Positions 45,762-60,724 of a stretch of 64,000 nt of DNA are shown piece by piece. Source of the DNA: Tubulanus polymorphus (lineage: Eukaryota > Animalia > Nemertea); the NCBI RefSeq assembly GCF_964204645.1, contig NC_134036.1, positions 7,726,812-7,790,811 on the forward strand, read 5' to 3'. Below the pieces are notes generated by a model that made no database searches, was not told the DNA's origin, and was given only the letters and a program-made list of their open reading frames with translations. The translations under genes were made by a program, and so were the position numbers. Each line of letters begins with the position of its first letter. Position 1 is the stretch's first letter.

Positions 45762-48010
45762 CTACCAATGCTTCAAGGCCCATGGGCCTCTTGTTGACAT
45801 TGGTATAATTCCTAAATGATTCCCGAGTTTATATTTGTAGAATGTTTCTCTTGAAAATTTTTTTGGAATATAATTTTCAATTTCATTTTCAGATGGATGT
45901 TTATTTAAAAATTCTCTAAAATCATCATATTTAAGTTCAAATAAGTTCATTGCATGAGTTACATTTGGTTTAAAGTTATCTAACTTTTTCAATATGGTAA
46001 CTTTATCATTACTCGAGAAATAATCTATAAATGTTTTTCTGTACCACCGATAATCTGATATATTCATTTTATTGAATTTTGGATTTATAATTAATGGATT
46101 TTCTATTACATTATCTGTACCTATATGTTTCATTGAGTATTCATGATTCAATTGTTTATCATATATTATGTATTCTTTACATTTTTCACACCAAGATTTA
46201 AATACCTGTATTGCATGGGCTGAATCATTTCCACCTTTTGTTTTTAATTTATTATGTTTTGCCCAATTAGCCTTTGTTATACATTCATATACAGAAGACA
46301 CAATAATTTTGATCTTCTTTGCATTCATCTTTATATATATATACATTAGCATATGTTTTTACTAATTGTAAAATATGTTCATCTTTTCTTATATGCAATA
46401 AATAATCATTATGATTATCAAAATCTTCTTCACAATACATGTATCTAATGATATTTTTTGGTTTAACATTATTCTCATTAATAATTTCATCATATGCATT
46501 AGTAGTTACAGTTATATCTTGAACAACGCTAGATTGCACAATTTCATGAACTGGAGCAAATATTATCTCGAATATAATATCTTCTTGTATAGCATATTTA
46601 TATCAAGGTGCATTATTATTTATCAATTCAAAATCTAATGGAATTTTATATTGCTTCTATAAATCTTTTTTATCAAATTATCTGTACCATTATCTACTTT
46701 ATCATTAGCTTCAGATCTGAATTTATTTTGACTTAAGAATTGGATGCCTTGAAATATCATATTTTTTATATTTTCTTTTGTTAACCATAAATCTTAATAA
46801 TGCATGAATAAATTATAGTCATCTGATGAGAAAACTGTTTCTGTTCCAATCTTTATAGTTACCTTTTTAATTAAATATCTTCCAACATTATCAACAACAT
46901 AATTATTATCATGGTCAGTTACTTTTATATCAGCTGATAAATACTATTTGGAACATAAAAAGTATTTTTTGTTAATCGAGGAATTCTAACATATAAAGTT
47001 TCATCGGGATTAATATTAGAAGGATTATGAGTAATGATATGATGAGATCTTTCTGCCTTATTAGCATTAGATATTCTAGAATTCTTAGAAGGATTTATGT
47101 AACTTCCACTCATTTATTTAAGAGAAAAATTAATTATTTATTTTTGATCATATTAACTAACCAAAATTAATTGCACTTACAACTGTAATTAAAAATAAAA
47201 TAATATGTGCAACAGCAAAGTTAAAAATACTTCCTGCAGATTTCAATATAACACCAATGATCGATGCAATAATTCCGGGTAAAGCTGCAGCAGATTTTTT
47301 AGATAGTTCCCATAGATATTTTGCTATTTTTTTTAAATCCATCTTTAACTTTATCTTGTATAGAATTATTATTATTTGGAGGTTTATCTGGTTCATAAGG
47401 ATTTGGTGTAGATTTCAATGAATTTGATATTGCTAAACCAATTGTTGTAAATAACATAGTTACAGCTGTTGGAATTGAAAGAATTGTTATACCTTCTAAC
47501 TTAAATAATAATCTTATTCTATCTTTCAATGATATTTTAGAATCTGGTTTTATTATTAAATCTTTAAAAACAACTTTTAATTTTTTAATATGATTAAGAT
47601 CATATGATTTCAATAATATATCTCTTTCTTTTTCCTGCAATTCTTTGGTATATTTTAAATCATCAATTTCTTTTTCTAAAGATGACTTTCTGCTTTCATG
47701 TTCAGCTTCATCAATTACTTGAAGATCTCTATTTAATTCTAATTGTTTTAATTCTTCGTTAGCATCAGTTAATTCTTTTTCTAACATGGTATTTTAGAAA
47801 ATTTCATCTTAATATTAGCAATTTTTCGAGCTTATTCTTGCATACCTTTAATTTCTCTACGTGCTTGTTGAGGAAATACTTTTAATTGTTCTTCATTTAA
47901 ATCAAGTAATCTTTTTTTTAATGAAGATTGCATTCGATTTGTTCCAGTTTCAGTACCAGGTGTATCTAAAATACTAATCATATCTTCTTCAAATGAATTC
48001 ATTGTATCCA
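45762..48010 (-). pseudogene. Degraded Polinton fragment D: 476-aa homologue, deleted MCP and a zinc-finger-like ORF absent from C
   Basis: MSGSYINPSKN (47113); KYLWELSKKSAAALPG; ORF 45762-46352. Confidence 0.8.
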
Positions 48011-48020
48011 GTAAGTTATC

Positions 48021-49965
48021 TGTAACCGGCTGGTTGTTGTATCGGCAGGCTGGCTGGGGAACTAGCATTTACAGCAGCGGTACAGGATTCCATCCATCAG
48101 GAACAACAAGGCAGTTAAACCTTATATGTACAATCTTTATTGCATCCCGGAATGAGAATGATTATCATAGCTTTACATAGTCTTTATATACAGAATCATG
48201 AGTATAATGTGAGAACTAGGTGTCAGACAAGTTGTAGATATCGGGACTCACAAACAAACACCTAGTGACATGTTTGAGAGACATTAATTAATTATCGATG
48301 AGCACTGACTATAGCTAATTATCGTGAAAACATGTTGAGTAATGTCACATGTTGATTACGACCTTAAAGCACATATTGACATTATAGTCATAAGTTATAT
48401 TATATTACTATCGCTATCGCTATCGCTATCGCTATCGCTATCGCTATTACTATTATTATTATCATTATTAAATATGTAATAGAGCTATGAAATATTATGA
48501 ACTGTTCGATATGACATCGTAGATCTATATGATTATGAAATATGCAAATTATATCAGGGTGACAGATGCCCCCTTGTCAAATTGAATTTGGTCCTCCAAA
48601 TTTCGGAAAGCGCAGATGCTATAAGTTCATTAAAACTCCTTCCACTGCGAGAACGTGTAAAATTGAGTTCCACCGTGCGAAAATGTGCAAACGTTGGATA
48701 GAAACATCCGGATTCTCAGTCATTCACGAAAGAGTCACATGTTGTCGTTATATACGGACGATGCAATGATACGTTAACTGTAATTATCTGCAAAGGATCC
48801 CCGAATTCTGGCTGATTCTGCGACGAAGGAACAGAAGTAACGACGTGTTGTGTAGTTATAGCGTCCTGAAGTCCAGTTGGTGGTTGCAAGTAGTACTGGT
48901 ACGCATTTCTCCGTTTTGAAGATCTTCCGATTACTGACTGGAAATAACTTCATGACACAATGATAGTAACATGCAACATCTGACATGAGAGCAGTGTTCA
49001 GGCAATGACACAACACAAATACAGTTACCCTTGTCAACCAAAAGGAAAAATCATCATCATCCAAAATAAGTGGCCAGGTGTAACTGAGATTATATATTTG
49101 TCCACATAAAAATTCAACCAATTCATCTTCATGTTTTAGTTATACTAACAAAAATATGAACCTATGCAAATGAAAATTGCCGATTAAACCTTTAGTATAG
49201 TCGAAATAGTTTGTTGCGAAAAAAGTATAGATACGCACTGTACTGTAAGTAGATGAATTTGACTAATTAACCTTAGACATATCCCCTGAGAAGTGTTCCG
49301 TATTCTAATACTTATAGTACGAAATGAAACTAAAATTATTTATGCTGATTGGAACTAGATGCGTAGAAAAAAAGAATTGTGAATCATACTATTTAAACCG
49401 GCGATAACTTTTTTGATCGTACGGTAGTATCTTATATCCAAATTCCTATGATTTTCTATCATGTTCATCTGACCACTAATTCGAGACAAAGAAGCAACTA
49501 TATTACCTTCGGCTGACAAAAAGTTACCGTAATGCATTGTTCCCACTGAAACAGCAGCAACGTTCACGATCAGTACGGCCATCTTGTCACAGGTGTAGTT
49601 GAATACGATCTTCTCGTGAGGTCAACGTTCCAGTCACAACCAATAGTTTAACAGCTTCATCTGTACTTGTGTAAGTCACGAGGACTAAATTTTGGATTCT
49701 CCACCATCTGTAACCGTCCATCTGTGAAGGCAAATCCGGTTCTCCGCCATCATAAGGTATTACATAATATATATCTGATATCATTTCACTTGGACTTTGT
49801 ATTTCATATATTCCTCCTTCCATTTGACACTATAGTCATAAGTTATATTATATTATTATTATTATTATTATTATTATCATTATTATTATTATTATTATTA
49901 TCATTAATATGTAGTAGAGCTATGAAATATTATGAACTGTTCGATATGACATTGTAGATCTATAT
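48021..49965 (-). mobile_element. LTR retrotransposon remnant (LTR 48021-48564, partial second LTR ~49825-49965)
   Basis: TGTAAC...GTGACA termini; purine tract (GGGGG on minus strand) next to 48564; duplicated LTR segment with (TATCGC)n/(ATT)n microsatellites. Confidence 0.6.
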
Positions 49966-50493
49966 TTAGAATGTATTAAATCACTATCTCTTTCATTAAA
50001 AGGAGTTTTGAGAATATTTCTTAAGTTTCTTTATAATTGAAAACTGTATTAAATATTTAGGATTTTTGATTCCATTATCAAAAGTATCTACTAGTTCCGT
50101 AATTAAATATGTTTCTTTAGATAATATTTGATTAATTATAGTAATGTTATCAATTTTAAAGTGTCTTGCATACACTAAATTTGTTGCTGAGATATATTTT
50201 GTAATGTTGAACTGTGAAAATAATTTATTGGTTTCATTGATTTCGATTTTCAATTTGGGTTCTTCTGCTTCTTTCTTCATTTTTATAACGAGGTTTTTAT
50301 TAAAACTCATTCAAATATAAATATTCAATGTTTCACTCACACTTTACTCACACTTTTATGTTTAAAATCAAGAATCGTTAATTACTCGTTAGTTTTTATA
50401 TTATTTTAACTGTCCATTTATTTTAAATGTTTTTTATCCGAAATCTATGAAATTCATAAAAATAATGTTAATTTTTATGAAATTATTAGAAGA

Positions 50494-50580
50494 AATAGGG
50501 AATAAGTTGGTTCAGGTTGAAGGGGAGAGTGAGCTCGACCCTTCGGCCTTTGGCCTGGAACCAACTTATTCCCTATTACT
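50494..50580. repeat. Fold-back hairpin ending CCTATTACT (possible Polinton terminus or MITE)
   Basis: aatagggaataagttggttc / gaaccaacttattccctatt; related to 61917-61999. Confidence 0.6.
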
Positions 50581-53500
50581 TGAGTCACTATTGTGCACTT
50601 AAATCGCTGTTAGTATCACCGTTTCTATACACTTCACCATGTTGTTTTGGTTTGGGTTCTCAGAATGACGTCACACTTCCGGGTAGGGAAGGAATCAGCG
50701 CAGCCGATCAAAAGTCTCTTTTTAACACTAATTGAATAATAAAAATTAATTTCTTGACCACTAAATCAATAAATAATATAATTGATGATAAAAAATACTT
50801 TTAGCCATATCTTAAAAACCTCTTCATGACCCCTTTAAATCATTTGCTCTGTTTTGTGAAATAGTGTGGTCGGTTTTTTTATGAGGCTGTGGTAGCGTTT
50901 ATAAAACTTATTTTATTATTCGTTTCGTTCTTTTTGGATGTTTGACAAACCCGATTGAGGATGACTTCAGTTTTTATGTGAATCTTTTCCGAATATTTAG
51001 CATTTTCTCTTTTATCTTTTTTAATCTCGGCTTGGGTCGTGGTTTTTGTCTTCTCGAGGGTTTTCAGAATGTTCGTTTGTTACTGCGGGATGGTTGACAA
51101 GGAGGTTTGAGGATGACTTCAGTTTTTTATGTGAAAAATTTCCGAATTTCTAACATTTTCTTTTATCTGTTTTAATCTCGGTTTCGGTCGTGTTTTGTTT
51201 CATCAAGTACTTTTAGAATGGTGGAGTGGTTTGTTACCAGGTGATGTTTGACAGGGAGGATTGCGTGGAAAGGATTGGAGTGGAAAGTGGCGTGTGCGGC
51301 ATTCGACTGAGGTGTGCATGTGCACAGTCTATGTGACTGAAGACAGTTCTACCAAATAGCTACATAAATACCGGGAAAAAACATAGCAACCACAATGATG
51401 AAACTTTCAATGTCCTATATATCGATATCAATTTATTTCATGTATTTCCTGTATTGCTTATTCAAATTATACTCCCGATATCTTGGGTTCCGCTTGGTGG
51501 TTGGTATGAATAAATTTGTTCATAAGTAAAGTGTTCTCGAGTAATTTCAGAATGGTCGAGTCGTTGGTTGTAATGGGGTATGTTTTGGAAGGAGGATTGA
51601 ATATGGCTTCAGTTTGTTGTGTGAATATTTTCCGAATTTTCAACATTTTTTTTAATCTGTTTCAATCTCGGCTTCGGTCGTGTTTTGTATTTCTCGAGAA
51701 TTTTCAGAATCGTTAAGAGTTAAGAATCGTAATCGTTCAGAGTCGTTTGTTACTGGGGTATGTTTCACAAGGAGGATTGAGGATGACTTCAGTTTTTATG
51801 TATTTTCCTACCGTTCAACATTTTTTTTATTCGTACTCAGTCCTCCTTGTTAAATATCCCCAATTAATAAAACGAATCGTCAATAATAAAGATAATAGTG
51901 ATAAACAAGACACGACCGAAGTCGAGAATACAAAATACAGATTACAGTAAATTGTAGTAGCCACCTAATAAAACTGGGAACACTATTTAGCAAAACAAAT
52001 GATTTGAAATCATCAAATTTTTGTACGATAACATTTGCCATTAAGGAGACATTGATCCGATGGCCGTCAATTTTCGTGCCGGTGCATATAGTAACTAATT
52101 ACATCGTTTTATTTTAGAATACATGTATTTGTTAGTTAAAACAGGAGTGATGTGATTTATTCCTGCCTCTTGTTTCGGTCTTGTAGCCGCGTTCTAAACC
52201 CGCTGAAGTTGGTATATTAAACCCGCATGTACCATAAAAGAATGAAGCAGACAGTTTAGCAATAGAGTTAGAATATTTTAGTACACCTACTTCATTGTGT
52301 CAATTTTGGGTCACGATATGATCGAATTTCCACACAATAGCCGCCGCCCAATTCGTATTGTGGTAACGCTTGGTTAGAGCTTCATTCGAGAACCAGACAC
52401 CACGTATAGCGCACGTACACCAGTGAAGAGCCTGTATTGAGATATGATTACCCACCAAAGCCAAGTCAGAAAATCCCAACATATCTGGTAAGTTTTAGAT
52501 TATGATTAAGATAAGCGATCATGAATTGTATTTAAATCAGTGGATTCGTGAACTATCTTTCATTTCAAAGATTTTGTGGTTAGATTTTGTTCTAGGTGTA
52601 TAGTACCATTCTTCAAAAACTGAATGAGTTTTGTATTCAAATCTTTTATTTCTGGCCTAGTTTAATTTCTCAAGTTCAATTTATTTCATTCTGATAGTTG
52701 ACATTTTCGTTCGGAAATCTTACAATCTTTAGATTTCGTTTGTAGATACCCAAAACGCCCTAGTGATAGATATCTCGACAAGTCAGAAACATATTTTCGA
52801 ATAATTTTAGAATATAACGGTGAGTATTCAACGTCTTCATTGCTGTTAGTTTCTCCTAAGTCTGAAGGTTTCTTTATTAGAATAATTTGCTTATCTGTTT
52901 TAGATTGATAGCACAATGGAAACAAAATCGTTTGAAAAGTCAACATTAAAACATGGGATCTTTATTTAATCTGAATTGTTGAGTAAGTGCTCATTTCATA
53001 TAAGAATGAATTAGAATCTTTCAATGATGAATAAAAGTGAAAGAATGAATTGAGTTTTCTAATATCGTTTCGCTAGGGTATTCGTCGTGTGTAGCAGGAT
53101 CTGCAAGTGGTATAGCAGCAGCAGCATCCTTCAACATAGGAGAGGCAGCATCCGTCAACATAGGAGCAGCAACAGCAGCAGCAGCACTATATGGTATCAA
53201 CAAAGGATCCAAGTGGCATCAAAAGTTTTAAAAAAGTAAGTTTAAAGATAAGTTTTTCACCCCTAAGCTGAAAATACAGAACCGGAAACTGTCAAGGTTT
53301 TTCAAAGCTTTATTTTCCCGAGATAGTAACTGGACAAAATTTTTGCATACTCTTCGGTACCGGGATTAAGTTCCACGGCGATGTGATACCACCAGGCGCT
53401 CCCGACATCCCAAACTGTGGTTCATATAATTCTTAATTTCTATTTCGATAGTCATAACAGCGCTTTTTGTAAACATTTTCAGTAAAAAAATAAAAAGCGC

Positions 53501-54556
53501 TTCGTTCGACTTCGAAAATAAATTGCCCATGGGCAAAGGGTGGTTTACCTTGAAAGCTAGAGATTGTTTGGAATAAGGGCATTGCTTGAAAAATCTTTTA
53601 AATTCGTGACTTCAAAGTTCCACAAGTTTATATTGTATTTTAACTTTCTTAAAGAATTATTTTGTAGTCAAATAAGACCAATGATATACATTTGTTTATG
53701 GTCCACGTCCAAAATTTTGTAGGGTACAGCTAGGCGCGGCAGGGAAATTATTCTATAATTTCAAAAAAATATGTTTCACAATATGAAAAAATATTCAAAT
53801 AAGGACATCCCAAAATTATTGTCTGTTTGCCGTAACACCGACTCAACTTTTCAGCATGAGTCAGTAGGTGGTAGAAATTTTGTTTTGGCAAAAATTGTGG
53901 GTAACAAAAACAAATTTTTCACCTTTTTTTACATGGAAACAATATCGCAAAAAAAATCATCAACGTTGTGCACGGGATATTTGTCTAATAGCGTAGATTT
54001 CAAGAATAATTATAGAAATATAACTTCGTCCAGAGCGTCATCTCTGTGTTAAAAATGAAACAGCACATTGAATATGTGCGCGCGTTTACGTTACCAGCTT
54101 TAATATAGTCACTATTAAAAATGAATGAAAAACTGAAAAACTTAAATTAGCCCACGTGTCAAGGCATGTTTCCCCACGATGCACACTTGAATTCAAACAT
54201 AAGTAGCTCATACGTTGGCAGTGGGTCGGTGGGTCGGCCATTGTTTTGGGATGGCCTTGAATTCATATGATGTCATATATCGGAGGGTGGCTGAATATTG
54301 GGTCTTGGATACCTCTTCCAATGTTGGCCGTCGAAGCTAGAATACCGGTACAGAAGAAATCGGCTATTAGATCGCTATTAAATCCTAGAATTTACCACAA
54401 CAATATTCAGACCTCGACAGACCTTATAGTTTCCTGCTTAGAACGATGACCATACTCAAACGTGGTGAACGGATAATAAGATAAAATCCCACTATTTACA
54501 AGATTAAAAGTATTTAAAAACCAGAATTTATTTATTAAATCTAAAATATATAAAAG

Positions 54557-54598
54557 ACACGACGTTTCGATCTCACCCTAGAGATCATCGTCAGGTGT
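54557..54598 (-). ncRNA. Minimal hammerhead ribozyme of the Penelope pseudo-LTR
   Basis: CACAC-CTGACGA-T-GATCTC(TAGGGT)GAGATC-GAAAC-GTC-GTGT: intact CUGANGA/GAAA core, stem II and stem I. Confidence 0.75.
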
Positions 54599-55670
54599 GA
54601 GAAATAGACTAAAAACAGATATATATACAGAGGAGGACAGGTTAATTGAGTAAATTGGTGAGTGAGTAAATAATTAGTGTTTGGCAAGGCATGAAGTAAT
54701 ATACTTAGAAAGAAGGGAATCACGCGGGGAAAAGCCATTATTTAAATTGGTACTAATATCTGAGTGACGAGTAACTAGGGCAGACTCAACTATGTGGCGT
54801 TTAGTGTAATTGCTGGAAGTATAAATAATTTCGGCTTTATCGAAATTCCAAACGTGATTGGCTACGCCACTAGCCGGTTTTTGATTTATTATATCCTTTT
54901 TGTGTTCCGAAATTCGAGTTTTTAAATCACGACCAGTTTCTCCAAAGTGAATTTTATCACAGCCAAAACAAGGAATTTTGTAAACTCCGCAGTCCAAAGG
55001 TTTAGATTGATTTTTTTTAACCAAAGTCTTACTAATTTTGTTTTCATATGTGAAAATGATTTGTTTATACAATAAAGGGAGAGAGTGACGAAACTTTTCC
55101 AAAACAGGTACATACGGAACTACAATGAACTCTGAAAGGTGTTTTTTGTTTTCTGGAGGTTTAGAATTATAGAAAGTACGTTTAGCCTTAGAAATAGCGA
55201 TTTTCAAAATGTGATCAGGGTAAGCCAATTTTCGAAGAGAGTTGGATATATGGTCAAATTCAGCCGAAAGGAAGGTTTCATCGCAGATCCGTAGTGCACG
55301 GAGAAAGAGGCTTTGAGCGAGACCAATTTTGATTGATTTGGCAGTAAACGAAAAGAAGTGAAGGTATGCCTCGGCGTTGATAGGTTTACGGTAGACTGAG
55401 AAAATCAAATGAGAAAATTTATTGTGAATTAGAACATCTAAAAACGGAATTTGGTAATTTTGTTCCCATTCAAAAGTGAATTTCAAAGATGGATATTGGA
55501 GTTGATGAAGTCGATAAAAGAGGTAAGATCAAAATTATCAGAAACTAAGCACAGAATGTCATCAACATATCTAATCCAAAAGTTGGTTTAGAGCCAGCGT
55601 ACTTAGGGAGAATTTCGGATTCAAAGTGTTCAAGGAAAAGATTAGCCAAAATCGGGGATAATGGGTTACC

Positions 55671-56254
55671 TGTTGTGGGGGTCCTCTTCTCCAGTGTCAG
55701 GGTGACGTGTGTTGACCACCTGCGTTGTTTGCGTTTCACCAGCGTAGTTCCTTGGGGTTCTTTTCATAAATTAACTACAACTAGCTTCTTCTATCGATCC
55801 AGATCTTTATTCTTATACTCTCTTCTTACAATCTTCCTAGCACGTCCCCTCTTGTTCTAACCACTAGCTCAACCGACCTAGCTCTACCGACCAAGCTTTT
55901 CCCGACCCCACTGCCTTAAAACCCTCCCTTTTTATATCTATTCTTCCTTCGCTCGTGACGTATATTTCCACACCGCTTGGCCTCATTGCCAGAGACGTCG
56001 TCTATTACTATAGTTCTACTGGCTATGTAAATCATTTCTACGAACGCTACATTTATAACTCAACTTTCCAGAGCTCAAGGCTACTGCTATAACAAGCTTC
56101 CCACGTAGACACCCCCATCACTCTTACATATCTTCTATGCTTCTCTCTTATGTGTGACGTAAGTATTCACGTAGGTTGCCTGCTAACCGCAACTACTGCC
56201 CCGAACTCCGACTTATTTTCCCATTGTCTAAATAGGTAATTTATTACTCCAATA
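55671..56254 (-). mobile_element. Solo LTR (584 bp) inserted in the Penelope RT
   Basis: 4-bp TSD TACC (55667-55670, 56255-56258); termini TGTTG...CAATA; TATAAAA and AATAAA on the minus strand; splits the AMG|NPLSP motif. Confidence 0.8.
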
Positions 56255-57059
56255 TACCCATAGCGAAACCGAAAATTTGTTCATAGAATTTGTCTTGGAA
56301 TTGGAAATATATTTTGGTTGTACAGAGTTCCAAAAGTTCAAGTAAACATTCTACAGGAATTGGGAGATCAAGATTGGAGTCCGGGAGTTTTCCTCCTAAG
56401 AAATTGAGAGTTGGTTCCAATGGTATATTAGTGAACAAGGAAACAGCGTCGAAAGATATAAATTTTTGTCCATTAGGTTTGAGATTTTTTTTGATTTTGT
56501 CTAAAAGATCCATATTGTGCCGAATGTGAGAATCAGAAAAAGTACCCAAAGCCGGGGAGAGTACTTTAGCCAGATTTTTGGAGAGCCGATATGATGGAGA
56601 ATTGATATTAGAAATGATCGGTCTTAACGGTGAATTGGGTTTATGAATTTTTGGAAGACCATAAGCATAAGGAAGATTTGGAAGCCGAGAGTTAAATTTG
56701 GAGATGAAGTCCGAATGGTCAGGAAATTTCTTAGAGATGTTTTTTAAACCTAAACTAAAAGCCGATTGCATCTCTTTCAAAGGGTTGTTTTTGATGGATT
56801 TGTAGAAATTGGAATCACCGAGAATAGCAAACATTTTACAATAGCAAACAATAGCATCAAATTGTAATTGATCAAATCTTGAATAACAATTTTGCCGCCT
56901 TTATCAGCCTAGGAGATGCGGATGGTTTTGATGGATTTTAGTTCCTGGAGAGCAATCGAAAATCTCCGAGGAAAGAACTGGTTAGATTGACCTTGAAGGG
57001 TATTCCAAATGGTGTCCAAATTCATGAATATAAAATTGTATTGGAAACTAGCCGGAGGA

Positions 57060-59327
57060 GATCTTTTTGAACTGCAGCCAATGATGTCCATTTCGAATTA
57101 AGTGGGATGAAAATAAAATATAACCATTTGATACTATTTTTCTCCTTAGTTAACGTGTATTTACTATAGCAATTTTGAAATGTTACCTCCTAAGCATACG
57201 GAACGTTACGGTGGCAATGTTTTTGAAAGTCACACGTCGCCATTAATTGTCATTTCAAATAGTTTAGTACCGGCGTCAACCATTTCAATATAACGCGATG
57301 ACTGGTATAGCACGTATCTGGATGTGCCCTCGGTCTCAATACTTTCATAACCGTAGCCGGGGATTTTGAAATTTTGAAAAGGAAAGTTGGCTACAAAAAG
57401 AGTTTGATATCAACTACCCAGAGTCTGATAACAACTGGGCCATATTTCAAAGATTTAGGCAATAGGTCGAAATACTATTGATTTGATTAGTCTTAACGCG
57501 ATTCGACGATTAAGATTAAACTCATTGGCATCTTATGTAGGTTGTAAACTCTTTCCGCATCATGGAGATAGAAAGGGGAATGAAATATCGATATCATTTT
57601 GCTAGGTTCGATATGTTTGCCTTCCGATAAACAGGCTTACCTGTTTTGTAAAACAATCTTATTTGGGAATGGACATCTTTGGCTGCAGTTCAAAATCTGT
57701 AAACAGTGGATATATTGATAATAATCAGGGTTTATTAGAATGTCTAAAATGGGCATGATAAATTATCTATATATTTTGATGTTGCGAGCTTATTCACTAA
57801 TGTTACTTTTAGACCTTCTATGGATTTTCTTAGGAGAAAGTTACCTACTTCTGATTTTCATTTTGATAAAAACACAAGGGATACCGTAGAAATCGCAGAT
57901 AGTGATTGTCTCTTGGATTTAATCGAACTTTGTTAAAAAAACTCATATTTTCTATTTGGTTCTAATTTTTTTTTAAACAGTTTTTTAGTATGGCTATGGA
58001 GTATACAATCATCCCTGTTTTAGCTGGTTTATTTTTGGAACATGTTGAAAGCAAAGTTCTTCCTCTTCACACTGCAAGTAGACCCACACTTTGGCGACGT
58101 TACGTTGATGATATTCTTCGGTTAGTTTCCGCCGATTTCAATTTGATTAGGTTCTTACATTATTTGAACTCTTTATAAATCCTACTCTAGATTTCGATTT
58201 AAGTGGGGTGAAAATAAAATCTAACCATTTGATACTATTTTGCTCCTTAGTGAACGTGTATTTGCTATAGCAATTTTGAAATGTTCCCTAAGCATACGAA
58301 ACTTTACGGTGGCAATGTTTTTGAAAGTCACACGTTGCCATAAATTGTCATTTCAAGTAGTTTAGTACCGGCGTGTACCATTTTAATATCACGCGATGAC
58401 TGGTATAGCACGTATCTGGTTGTGCCCTTGGTCTCAATACTTTGATAACAGACCCGTAGCCGGGGATTTTGAAATTTTGAAAAGGAAAGTTGGCTACAAA
58501 AAGAGTTTGATATTAACTACCCAGAGTCTGATAACAACTGGGCCATATTGCAAAGATTTAGGCAATCGGTCGAAATACTATTGCTTTGATTAGTCTTCAC
58601 GCGATTCGACGATTAAGATTAAACTCATTTGCATCTTATGTCGGTTGTAAGCTCTTTCCGCATCATGAGGATATAAATGGGAATGAAATATCGAAATCAT
58701 TTTGGTAGGTTCGATACGTTTGCCTTCAGATAAGCAGGCTTACCTGTTTTGGAAACCATCCTATTTGGGAATGGACATCTTTGGCTGTGGTTCAAAATCC
58801 GTAAATAGTGGATATATTGATAATAATCAGGGTTTATTAGAATGTCTAAAATGGGCATGATAAACTATTTATATATTTTGATGTCGCGAGCGTATTCACT
58901 AATGTTACTTTTAAACCTTCTATGGATTTTCTTGGGAGAAAGTTACCTACTTCTGATTTTCATTTGGATAAAAAGACAAGGAATACCGTAGAAATCGTAG
59001 ATAGTGATTGTCTCTTGGATTTAATCGAACTTTGTCCAAAAAACTCTTATTTTCAATTTGATTCCAATTTTTTTTTCAAACCGACTTTTAGTATGGCTAT
59101 GAGTCATACAATCTCCCCAGTTTTAGCTTGTTTATTTTTGGGACAAGTTGAAAGCAAAGTTCTTCTCAATACTTTCATAACAGACCCGTAGCCGGGGATT
59201 TTGAAATTTTGAAAAAGAAAGTTGGCTACAAAAAGAGTTTGATATCAACTACCCAGAGTCTGATAACAACTGGGCCATATTTCAAAGATTTAGGCAATAG
59301 GTCGAAATACTATTGATTTGATTAGTC
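57060..59327 (+). repeat. Tandem array of degenerate Penelope RT-derived units
   Basis: Inverted homologue of 11350-14790. Confidence 0.75.
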
Positions 59328-60724
59328 AGTTGTTAATATAAATATTTTCCGAATTATCAACATTTTCTTTTACCCGATATAATATCGGCTTCGGTCGTGT
59401 TTCGTTTTCTCGAGTATTTTTAGAATGCTCGAGTCGTTTGTTACTGGGGGATGTTGGACAACGAGGTTTGAGGATGACTTCAGTTTTTTATGAGAATGTT
59501 TTCCGAATTGTTAACATTTTCTTTTATCTTTTTTAACATCGGCTTCGGTTGTGTTTTGTTTTTCTTAAATATTTTTAGAATGGTCGAATCGTGTGTTACT
59601 GGGGGATGTTTTAATATCGGTTTCGGTCGTGTTTCGTTTTCTCGAGTATTCTTAGAATGGTCAAGTCGTTTGTTGATGGGGGATGATTGACAAGGAGGGT
59701 TGAGGATGACTTCAGTTTTTTTAATGAATATATTTTCCGAATTTTCAACATTTTTTTTAATCTGTTTTACTATCGGCTGAGGTGTGCATGTGCACAGTCT
59801 GACTGAAGACATTTCTACCAAATAGCGACATAGATACCGGGGAAAATCAAAGAAACCACACGTGCTGAAACTTTCAAGGTCGTGTATATGTATATTAATG
59901 GTTTTCATGTATCGCTTATTCAAATTACACTACCGACCTCTAGTGGGATCAATACATCACTAATTCTCACACCGCAGACATCAAATTGATTAATCCCATT
60001 CTATAAACTTCCGATCGTTTCTCTCATTCAGCCCTCACGATCCGTGATTGGGGTACGTTGATCGGGTATTATACTGAAGTTCTGCTTTTGGTCATTAACG
60101 GTTGACAAAACCATCGTATGCCAATTACCAAATACTTGTTACGGATAAAAAAAACCTCTCGTTTGACTTGTGAGGTTTAAGGTTTTTCACTACTCTTTTT
60201 TCTGTAACTGTCAAACCAAGGTTTTTAATCTGTGACATGTAGTATTCCATGTTTATAATTTACGAATTGATGGATCTATCATAGTTAATTATATTGAGTA
60301 TAGCAATCAATGACTATTTCCTGGATAGAGATCTGGGAGCAAAATGAGTGACGTGAAACGGCCGCAGACGTGAAACTTAGTGATGGTCGCATTTTGTTGC
60401 TTGAATATTTTCCGAATTTCCAACATTTTGTATTATCTGTTTAAATCTCGGGTTCGGTCGTGTTTTGTTGTGCTCAAGTATTTTAGAATGGTCGAGTCGT
60501 GTGTTACTGGGGGATGTTGGACAACGAGGTTTGAGGATGACTTCAGTTTTTTTATGTGAATATGTTCCGAATTTTTAACATTTTCTTTTATCTGTTTTAA
60601 TATCGGCTTCGGTCGTGTTTCGTTTTCTCGAGTATTTTCAGAATGGTCGAGTCGTTTTTTACTGGGGGATGTTTGACAAGGCAGATTGAGGATGATTTCA
60701 GTTGTTAGTGTAAATAATTTCCGA

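Larger units (their letters stand above)
54540..57050 (-). mobile_element. Penelope-like retroelement (RT plus GIY-YIG endonuclease), disrupted
   Basis: YGLPKIHK..PLRPII, SFDAVSLFTNIP, AMGNPLSP, YVDD, VYRKP, GVYKIPC..C...FGETGR....RISEH. Confidence 0.92.
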
